A DNA stretch of 58,483 bases from Candidatus Sulfotelmatobacter sp. (GCA_030039195.1 JASHQK010000509.1:1-58483), one strand, 5' to 3'; counted from the first letter of the stretch, positions 28,010-35,202 are shown. The notes: a model not told the origin generated them from the letters alone. Numbers and translations are program-made.

Positions 28010-29407
28010 CTAAAAAATGACCTTTGCGTCCAGGTAAATCGTGTTGTTAGAGCTCGCATTGCGGCCCGCGCTGTCGTAATTATTCTGGGCACCGTTGAAG
28101 CGCGTATACGCCGTGTACTGCGCGGCGAGCTGCAGATTCTGCCATGGCCAATAGGAAACGTTTGCGATCAAGCCTGCGCCTCTTGGATCGCCATTGAAAT
28201 TACCGGTCACCGGAGCGGACGGATAGAGAAGGAGGTCAGAAGTGCCAGTGGTATTGAACCAACCCAGCGTCCCCGTATATTTGTTTCCCAAGTGATATTC
28301 GGCATTGGCCATCACCGTGTTCAAACGGTGTGATCCTTGCGACACTAGACCCTGAAAAAGACTACTGAGCAGATCGTTGTTCTCCCGGATGTAGGTCGCC
28401 CGAAAGGATAGAACGTCTGTTCGAAACAGGGTCCTGTCGATCTGCGTGTCCACGCCCCAATCAGTGTAGGAATCCGTCGGAATGCTTGCGCCGGTTGTGG
28501 CGGTGATTTCGTTGGGAGTCGAACGCAGGTGCATGCCATAGGTACCGACTTCATACTGAGTCTTGCCTGTCAGTTCCTGCCATGCAAAACGCCAATAGGG
28601 CGCAACACCGCGAATGTTATGGGTGAAGCCAACTCCTGGATTCGGCTGCGGTCCACCCACATGCTCCGAGCGGTAAACCGCCGCATCCAGGTAGAAATGT
28701 GTGTCCCACATGGCGTAGCCGCCAAATCCCGCGACATCCTGGGCCAAAGGACCGTTAATAATCGCCGCGGCGTTAGGCGTGGGCGCAAAATCGCTAACGA
28801 TCCAAGGGAAACCCCATGCCGGAGTACTGTTCCACAGATCCTCTACACTGGGATTGTTGTTGAGGTCGAGGCCGTAAACCAGTTCTTTGCCTCCCCAAGT
28901 CGTCTTGTTGGCAGCCCGAATATCCGTGTTGTCACTGGTGAAATGATCGTCCCTGGTGTCATAGGTCACTTGGAGGAAGCTTCCGACGTGGCTTGTCCAT
29001 GCCCCGGATAGAAACAGCGATACGTCCTGAGGAAACTCGAAGTTCCCGTTCTGTGTGTTTGTTGAGGGAGTAGTGCTAGTATTTGGCACCGGGGACTTCA
29101 CCGATGTGAACGAAGTCTCAAGCATCACGGACAGCGGCAGCGATGCGAGCAGGTCGAGTGCGGCACGCTTTTTTCCGCCGTCGGCCGTTACGACCTTGGT
29201 CTCGTCGGCTCGATCCACATAACCCAGCAGCTTGAATCTGCGCCCGGCTGGATTGAGTTCCGGAGGAGCGTAGTGACAGCCGCTACATGGCAAACCTGTC
29301 TGTCGTGCATAGCTCGGCACCGCCTCAACCTTGGGCGGACTCATCACGCCCAACACAGGAACTGCAACAACCAGAAAAATCCCAAGTGTTTTCATTTGTA
29401 TCCTCAT
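28010..29407 (-). CDS. Outer-membrane beta-barrel protein with N-terminal monohaem domain (Cyc2-like fused cytochrome-porin)
   Basis: Signal peptide, then PSYARQTGLPCSGCHYAPPELNPAGRRFKLLGY (single CXXCH at residues 41-45, followed by P-x-L). About 400 aa of alternating beta-strand-like sequence rich in G/Y/T/N. C-terminal ...YLDAKVIF ends in the aromatic OMP signature. Confidence 0.6.
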   Translation of the reverse strand: MRIQMKTLGIFLVVAVPVLGVMSPPKVEAVPSYARQTGLPCSGCHYAPPELNPAGRRFKLLGYVDRADETKVVTADGGKKRAALDLLASLPLSVMLETSFTSVKSPVPNTSTTPSTNTQNGNFEFPQDVSLFLSGAWTSHVGSFLQVTYDTRDDHFTSDNTDIRAANKTTWGGKELVYGLDLNNNPSVEDLWNSTPAWGFPWIVSDFAPTPNAAAIINGPLAQDVAGFGGYAMWDTHFYLDAAVYRSEHVGGPQPNPGVGFTHNIRGVAPYWRFAWQELTGKTQYEVGTYGMHLRSTPNEITATTGASIPTDSYTDWGVDTQIDRTLFRTDVLSFRATYIRENNDLLSSLFQGLVSQGSHRLNTVMANAEYHLGNKYTGTLGWFNTTGTSDLLLYPSAPVTGNFNGDPRGAGLIANVSYWPWQNLQLAAQYTAYTRFNGAQNNYDSAGRNASSNNTIYLDAKVIF

Positions 29408-29476
29408 TCCCCATCTCTGGTCTGCAATCAGAAATGCAGTGTTGCCTCATCTCCATGCTGAGCAGATGTTTTGCAT

Positions 29477-29492
29477 TGCGAACGCAGTTCCA
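29477..29492 (-). promoter_or_regulatory. Candidate sigma-54 (-24/-12) promoter for the cyc2-like operon
   Basis: Minus strand reads CTGGAAC-TGCGT-TCGCA, with GG and GC at the canonical 12-nt register. About 70 nt upstream of the ATG at 29407. Confidence 0.35.
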
Positions 29493-29589
29493 GTCATCTA
29501 CGCACAGCATGTAAGGGCGAAAGCGTCGTCACTTGGTCCAAGTGAACGTGATATTAGCGATCACAGGAAAAACTCTGCGACGTGTTGAA

Positions 29590-29616
29590 TCACATTTCGA
29601 CGTGATTTGAATCACA
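29590..29616. promoter_or_regulatory. Tripartite site TCACA-TTTCGA-CGTGA-TTTGAA-TCACA
   Basis: Same 5-6-5-6-5 architecture as 15200-15226 and 56913-56939 (opposite strand reads TGTGA-N6-TCACG-N6-TGTGA). Lies in the divergent cyc2-like/tetrahaem intergenic region. Confidence 0.5.
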
Positions 29617-29731
29617 CTTACGGTGAGAGGGATTAATTATCTCGCAGGCTATAACATTCGAATTTCCATATTGTTGTGCGCCGTGTAATCGTCTAAGGAA
29701 CCTTCCGGCAACAATGAGAGGGCCTAGTGAA

Positions 29732-29758
29732 TCACGGAGGGACGTGATCAAAGTCACG
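29732..29758. promoter_or_regulatory. Tripartite site TCACG-GAGGGA-CGTGA-TCAAAG-TCACG
   Basis: Fourth copy of the 27-bp architecture, 156 nt upstream of the tetrahaem cytochrome ATG. Confidence 0.5.
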
Positions 29759-29913
29759 ATTTCATTTTCCCGCGACTTAGACAGTTCTCGCTATTTTCTG
29801 TCGCAAGTTCGCAACAACGAGACATAGGAAGGCAGCCGAGAAAAATTTCCGGCTACTAGTCGTTTTCTGATAGTGACTCCATCTTGGCAGCTCAATACAC
29901 TGGCGTTTTTGTC

Positions 29914-30378
29914 ATGAAGCTGACCTGCACAACGCCACGAAGTCCAGTTCACAAAGGAAAGCTCGCTTCACCTAGCGGAGTATTGAATTGCGGGTGGATC
30001 CTCGCGCTACTGCCAGTACTGCTGTTGGGAAGTGTGCAAGTGGCGGCCGTCGACAGTCGGGGCGTTGAACATCCGGGCAGTATTCATGCGGATGACAATT
30101 GCTCTTCCTGTCACGCGGACAAGTCCAGAGGCAAATCAGTGCACTCGGCCATGGCGCTTCGGTGCACAGTCTGCCATCTGGCGGAGACTCAAGGTGACAT
30201 GACTACTTTGAGTTTGTTCATGCCAAAAACAAAGATCTGCTTTGCCTGCCATGAACAATCCCTGTCCGTACGAGAGCACCGTCCCGTCGCCCGGGGATTG
30301 TGCCTGGACTGTCACGATGCACATAGCAGCAGTCGCCGCAAATTGTTACGACAGCCAACCGATGCTTCCCGTAACTAA
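29914..30378 (+). CDS. Tetrahaem c-type cytochrome (c3/NrfB-like), membrane-anchored or secreted
   Basis: Start MKLTC; hydrophobic segment WILALLPVLLLGSVQVAA; four CXXCH (CSSCH, CTVCH, CFACH, CLDCH). Confidence 0.8.
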   Translation: MKLTCTTPRSPVHKGKLASPSGVLNCGWILALLPVLLLGSVQVAAVDSRGVEHPGSIHADDNCSSCHADKSRGKSVHSAMALRCTVCHLAETQGDMTTLSLFMPKTKICFACHEQSLSVREHRPVARGLCLDCHDAHSSSRRKLLRQPTDASRN

Positions 30379-30586
30379 ATGCTGTTTGTCTCTGTAGGAA
30401 ATCGGCGCTCACTCGCTGCTTGTTTGGCCGAAACATGTCCGCCTCTTTCCCTGATTCTTTAGTAAGGATCAAGAAGCTGACGTGCAATCCATTTGTGCGC
30501 GCCCTCACCATCTGTTGTGACATCGGTCAAATGCCGCGACCAAGCTTCGGCCTACTCTCCATCAACTGTCGCCGAGGGAAACAAGC

Positions 30587-30847
30587 ATGATTGGCGAGGC
30601 CGCTTCCGCCCGCCTGTGGCAAATCCTTGAACAACGCAGCGAAAGACTTCGCAAGCCGAAGTCCACTGTGCAGTTCCGAAGGGAGACAAGACTTGCGATT
30701 CGGAAACGCCGCGTCGCTGGTGGTCTCGCTTCTTTGCTACGGATTGGTCCTGATTCTACTGCCGCGCCTGACGCGTCGAAGCCCGATCAACTCCTAGACC
30801 GATTCGCCAAAACTCTTCGAGCGCCAGCACGCGGGCGAACTACGTAA
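30587..30847 (+). pseudogene. Decayed cyclic-nucleotide-binding-domain gene (paralog of 44323-44820)
   Basis: ASARLWQILEQRSERLRKPKSTVQFRR aligns with ASAYLRYALLQHTEKIREPKSTVLFRR of the 44.3-kb gene. The continuation (GDKTC..., then SLVV...LPRLTRRS) is found only in the other two frames, implying at least two frameshifts. Confidence 0.45.
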
Positions 30848-30972
30848 GTGCTCTTTATGAGATTCAGCCTCGACAAAAGTGCACAGGCGAGTCAGATGGG
30901 AGCCACTCAGATTTGCGGCGGGCTCGCTGTACGAATTAAATGAGGAGCAAGCGTCTCCGCTCCGTCACACTG

Positions 30973-32331
30973 CTAGTCACAAAGACCGTACTCGCGCAGC
31001 TTCCTGTACAAATTCCGCTCGCTGATTCCAAGAATCTTAGCTGCATTTCCGCGATGCCCCTTGCTGGCTTCTAGCGCCATTCGAATGTGAGCGAGTTCCA
31101 CTTCCTGGAGTGTCAGCTGCCGGGAGGCTTCTGAAACGGCCGTTGCCGGTGTCGTCTTTGTATTACGCAGGGAAGCAGGAAGGTGATCGGGTAGAACCTG
31201 AGATCCTTCGCAAAGCACGAGAGCAGCTTCCACCACATGCAGGAGTTCGCGTACGTTGCCTGGCCAGGAGTGTTGTCGGAGCAACTGCAGGGCCGCTTCG
31301 CTAATCCTTTTGTTAGAGCCGAATCGCTCGTTGAGCATGGTCGCGAAGTGTTGGGCCAGAAGAGACACATCATCGCCTCTTGCGCGCAGAGGTGGTATCT
31401 CCACCGTGATGGTGCTGAGGCGGTAGAACAAGTCCTCACGAAAAAGGCCCTGCCGCACCAAGACCGATACATCTCGATTTGTGGCGGCCAGGATGCGGAC
31501 GTCCACTCGAATTTCCCGCGTACTACCGACGTGGCGGAACGTGGAGGTGTCGAGCACGCGCAACAACTTCGTCTGCGTCGCCGGGCTCACCTCTCCGATC
31601 TCATCAAGGAAGATTGTTCCGCCGTTAGCGACTTCGAACAGGCCGGGTTTGGCTCGATCCGCTCCGGTAAACGCACCTCGCTCATGGCCAAACAATTCGC
31701 TTTGCAGCAGGCTCTCCTGCAGCGCGGCGCATTCGACAACTACGAACGGCCTTGACCGGCGAGGACTGCGGGCGTGGATCAACTTGGCGACTCGTTCTTT
31801 GCCCACGCCTGTCTCGCCGATAATAAGCACGGTCGACTCACTTGGGGCAACGCGGTCGATCAGATTGAGCAGACGCCGGAACTCTGGGCTGTCGCCGACG
31901 AAAGAATTGCTCAGATCCGGCGGAGTCAGGCCGCGCTCGAGAATTTTTGTTCTCTGGCGCAGAGATCGCCGCTCGATCGCTCGTTGTATGCGAACCTGAA
32001 GTTCGTCCAGCGGACAAGGCTTCACCACGTAGTCGCAAGCGCCAATGCGAATCGATTCGATGGCCGTGTCGATAGAACCATGTCCGGTGAACATAATCAC
32101 CTCGGTGGAAGCCGCGGCCGCCAGAATGGCTTTTAGCGTCTCCAGCCCGCCTATACCAGGTAAGCGCAGGTCCAGCAGCACGACTTCGGGTTCCAGCACT
32201 TCCACTCGCTCGATCGCTTCCTCACCCGTGCTCGCCGTGGAGGTTTCGTAACCGAGTCGACTCAATTCATCCGCCATCACTTGCCGGAAGGCAGAATCGT
32301 CATCGACCACGAGGAGAGACGGTGGTTTCAT
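30973..32331 (-). CDS. Sigma-54-dependent response regulator (NtrC family: REC + AAA+ + Fis-type HTH)
   Basis: Receiver domain (LLVVDDD...DLRLPG), Walker A GETGVGKE, GAFTGA sigma-54 contact motif, C-terminal HTH (GNAAKILGISERNLYRKL). Confidence 0.92.
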   Translation of the reverse strand: MKPPSLLVVDDDSAFRQVMADELSRLGYETSTASTGEEAIERVEVLEPEVVLLDLRLPGIGGLETLKAILAAAASTEVIMFTGHGSIDTAIESIRIGACDYVVKPCPLDELQVRIQRAIERRSLRQRTKILERGLTPPDLSNSFVGDSPEFRRLLNLIDRVAPSESTVLIIGETGVGKERVAKLIHARSPRRSRPFVVVECAALQESLLQSELFGHERGAFTGADRAKPGLFEVANGGTIFLDEIGEVSPATQTKLLRVLDTSTFRHVGSTREIRVDVRILAATNRDVSVLVRQGLFREDLFYRLSTITVEIPPLRARGDDVSLLAQHFATMLNERFGSNKRISEAALQLLRQHSWPGNVRELLHVVEAALVLCEGSQVLPDHLPASLRNTKTTPATAVSEASRQLTLQEVELAHIRMALEASKGHRGNAAKILGISERNLYRKLREYGLCD

Positions 32332-34238
32332 CTCTCGACCTTGAGTTGAGGGCTGGTATTGATTGCCGGCATCACGACTGTGAACGTAGACCCTTTACCG
32401 AGAGCACTTTCGACTGCGATGGTGCCTCCCCAACTCCGGACTGCGTTGAGCGACAAGAACAGGCCGAGACCTGTGCCCCCTTGGCGAAGACTGAAAAAAG
32501 GTTCGAAGATCTTTTGCTGGTACTCTGGCGCGATCCCGCAGCCTTCGTCAGTGACGCGAATGTGGATTGCGTCGCCGCCTTGGGTGGCGACGATAACCTT
32601 GGCCCCGGCCTTTGACGCCTGAATCGCGTTGAGCAGGAGATTGACGAGCAGGTTCTGTAGTTCGGCCTCGTCCGCTCGGACATGTAGCGTTGTCGTGCAG
32701 AACTGCACCTCAACGGTCACAGAAGCGGTGCGAGCCGTAGGCTCGACCAGCCTCCGAGCAGCAGCGATCGCGGCATTGAGATCCACGATTTCACCACCCG
32801 ATCGCTGTCCGCGGGAAAGGCGGAGAAAATGTTGCGTAATTCCCCTGCAGCGTAGAATCTGCTCGCGCGCGATCGCCGCCTGTTCAAGAATTCGAGCCTG
32901 ATCCTTGGGACAGTCCTGGCCGCCTTGAGTCTCACGAAGGATGCCTTCTACGCACATTAGGGTCGTTGCCAGGGGCGTGTTCATCTCATGGGAAAAGCCA
33001 GAAGCAAGTACCCCTACCGATGCTAAGCGGTAGGACTCCGCGAGTTTTGCCTCGGCCGCACGTCGGTCGGAGATGTCTCGCCAGACTTCCACGACTTGGG
33101 TTAGACGACCAGAGGCGTCCAAAATGGGCGAAGCATGAATTTCCTCCCATGCCACAGTGTTGTTCCCCGCTTTGCGTTCGCAGATCCGAACCTGACGCGC
33201 ACCGGCTTTCAGACATGCGAGCGTGGGACAATCGGACAAGTTGCACGGGCCTGGCTCCAGTTTGTAGCAGCTGCAGCCCAGAACTTGCTCACGAGAACTG
33301 TTGGCGCGCAGCAAGAATGCGTCATTGGCTGCAATGATCTTTCGTTCCCCGTCGAGTACTACAATCCCGTCATCAATACTGTTGATCACAGTTTCCAGCC
33401 GCTCCCGCTGAGTGCGGACTTCTCCCACCAGGTGGGACACAGAATCCGCCATTTCATTGAACTCTTTCGCGAGCCAGGACAGCGTATCAGAGCCTTCCGT
33501 GGGTACGCGGCGTTCGAGATCGCCTTGAGAGATCAGGCGCGCCGTGTTCTCAAAACGCTGGAGGCGACGCAATACCGCCACGCGGATCACCAATGCGATT
33601 GCTCCGACAATAACGAAGGTCAGCGCTCCAGTTCCGGCCACCATCCAGCGCAGGTCGCGGGTCATCGCCTCCCTGATCTCTCCGGCGTTGTAATCCAGAA
33701 TGAGGACGCCATTGATCTTCTGCTGTGGACTGTGGCAGCGCTGGCATTCCTGGCGGTTACGAATTGGCACTACAGTTCGAAGAATGGTTCCACCTTTCGT
33801 CTCGATTACCCGGCTCGAGCCACGGCGTTCTGGCGGATCACGATGGCAGGCTTGGCATGTGGGAGAGTCGATCCTGAACTCATTCTGGGTGACTCCCGGC
33901 TTACTCGAATAACGCTCTGTGCCATTGCGATCAATCACGACGAGCTGCTCCACACGAGATTGCTTGCCGAAGCTCTCGATCATCTGCGCGATCAGAGTGC
34001 GGTCATTGCTCATCATCTGATGTTCGAGCGCGGTGCGGATCAATTCGCTTTCGGCAAGCGCGCTAGTGCGGGCCGTGTCGAGGAGGCTGTGAAAATGACG
34101 GGTGGAAAAAACGTAGGCGGCAACTGTACAGGCTACTACCACCGCCACCGTGACACCGAGCGCGAGGCCAACGGTCATGCTGGCAAAACGCAGCTTCATG
34201 ATGACGGCACCAGGTCGGCGGGATGATGGCACATGCAC
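32328..34238 (-). CDS. Sensor histidine kinase with periplasmic domain carrying two CXXCH motifs, HAMP, Cys-rich PAS, HisKA/HATPase
   Basis: Two TMs flank a ~140-aa loop containing CQACH and CQRCH. PAS has GCSCYKLEPGPCNLSDCPTLAC. H-box FSHEMNTP. ATGA overlap with the response regulator gene. Confidence 0.9.
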   Translation of the reverse strand: MHVPSSRRPGAVIMKLRFASMTVGLALGVTVAVVVACTVAAYVFSTRHFHSLLDTARTSALAESELIRTALEHQMMSNDRTLIAQMIESFGKQSRVEQLVVIDRNGTERYSSKPGVTQNEFRIDSPTCQACHRDPPERRGSSRVIETKGGTILRTVVPIRNRQECQRCHSPQQKINGVLILDYNAGEIREAMTRDLRWMVAGTGALTFVIVGAIALVIRVAVLRRLQRFENTARLISQGDLERRVPTEGSDTLSWLAKEFNEMADSVSHLVGEVRTQRERLETVINSIDDGIVVLDGERKIIAANDAFLLRANSSREQVLGCSCYKLEPGPCNLSDCPTLACLKAGARQVRICERKAGNNTVAWEEIHASPILDASGRLTQVVEVWRDISDRRAAEAKLAESYRLASVGVLASGFSHEMNTPLATTLMCVEGILRETQGGQDCPKDQARILEQAAIAREQILRCRGITQHFLRLSRGQRSGGEIVDLNAAIAAARRLVEPTARTASVTVEVQFCTTTLHVRADEAELQNLLVNLLLNAIQASKAGAKVIVATQGGDAIHIRVTDEGCGIAPEYQQKIFEPFFSLRQGGTGLGLFLSLNAVRSWGGTIAVESALGKGSTFTVVMPAINTSPQLKVER

Positions 34239-34254
34239 GGCCTGACGTCAACGA

Positions 34255-34290
34255 CTGACAAACAGTCAGGGCCACCTGACATTGTGTCAG
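34255..34290. promoter_or_regulatory. Tandem palindromes CTGACAAACAGTCAG / CTGACATTGTGTCAG (candidate enhancer/UAS for the sigma-54 activator)
   Basis: Two 15-bp CTGACA-N3-TGTCAG-type inverted repeats, 21 bp centre to centre. They sit ~75-95 bp upstream of the -24 element. TGACGTCA lies just upstream at 34243-34250. Confidence 0.5.
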
Positions 34291-34354
34291 TCACCGTCGT
34301 GCCTCCCATCGGCATATCTTCTGCAAACCAAGGAATTATCTCTCGCATGAATGC

Positions 34355-34370
34355 TGGAACAGCAATTGCA
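34355..34370 (+). promoter_or_regulatory. Sigma-54 promoter TGGAAC-AGCAA-TTGCA
   Basis: GG/GC in the exact -24/-12 register; 12 of 14 consensus positions (YTGGCACGR-N3-TTGCW). 30 nt upstream of the ATG at 34400, which has an AAGGAGGG Shine-Dalgarno. Confidence 0.65.
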
Positions 34371-34399
34371 GTGCAAAACTCCGCAAGGAGGGCCGTACG

Positions 34400-34726
34400 A
34401 TGGAAATGCTATTGATGGGTTTGTGCGTGGCCGTATTTGGAGTGGGAGTCGCAGCTGCTGCCTTTGGAGCCGCTACGCGCTCGGAATCGCCCAATTCCGC
34501 TGAACAACCCAGGCTTCCGTTAGTCAAGGCAACTGTGCCGACGCGCTTTTTCTCGGATCGTGTTCCAACCCCGCCATCCATCCCGTCCCGACAAGTGCCC
34601 ATTGAAGTCCTGCTCCTGCAAATTGAGAACCACGTCCGTATGGAACAGGCGGCCGCAGAGTCCTTTCTGGCACTTCCCACACACGAGCAGCTTCACAGCA
34701 AAACCAATTCGCCGTTTGTCAACTGA
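34400..34726 (+). CDS. Small membrane-anchored hypothetical protein, first gene of the second Rieske/cyt b operon
   Basis: N-terminal TM (LLMGLCVAVFGVGVAAAAFGAA), strong SD, no recognised family. Confidence 0.5.
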   Translation: MEMLLMGLCVAVFGVGVAAAAFGAATRSESPNSAEQPRLPLVKATVPTRFFSDRVPTPPSIPSRQVPIEVLLLQIENHVRMEQAAAESFLALPTHEQLHSKTNSPFVN

Positions 34727-34737
34727 CGGAGAGACTC

Positions 34738-35202
34738 ATGACACATGAACTTCTAAATGGTCTCTCTTCCGCCGAGGGCGAGCAGGTTTTGAAGCTCGGC
34801 CACAGAGTGATCGTCCCCAGCGAAGCAACGCTATTCCAGCTGGGAGATCAGGCCGATCGGCTCTTCCTGGTTGAACGCGGACGAATCAAGCTGACATTGC
34901 CAATGCAGGTGCGTAAGCGAGAACAGGATGTTTTTGTGGAGGAGAGAGGTCCCGGCCAGACCGTCGGCTGGTCAGCCTTGATTCCGCCTTATCGATTTAC
35001 CCTCACCGCGACCGCCGTTTTGCTCGACGCAGAAGTGATCGCCTTCCCACGGGAGGCGCTGCTCAGGTACTTTGCAGCCAATCCAGGAGCGGGACACAAG
35101 ATTGCTTTCAATCTTGCGGTCGTGATTGGACATCGCCTGCAACTGTTCCAGACGATGTGGCTGCGCGAGATGCAGCGCACGGTGGAAGTACGTTCCGCGT
35201 GA
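34738..35202 (+). CDS. Stand-alone cyclic-nucleotide-binding (cNMP/CAP effector) domain protein, no HTH
   Basis: LFQLGDQADRLFLVERGRIKL...GPGQTVGWSALI...; 154 aa, too short to include a DNA-binding domain. Confidence 0.8.
   Translation: MTHELLNGLSSAEGEQVLKLGHRVIVPSEATLFQLGDQADRLFLVERGRIKLTLPMQVRKREQDVFVEERGPGQTVGWSALIPPYRFTLTATAVLLDAEVIAFPREALLRYFAANPGAGHKIAFNLAVVIGHRLQLFQTMWLREMQRTVEVRSA

Noticed and set aside
29885-29900. TGGCAG-CTCAA-TACA, a sigma-54-like sequence just before the tetrahaem cytochrome gene
   Set aside because: It has AC instead of the invariant GC at -12, and only ~14 nt remain before the likely ATG (29914).
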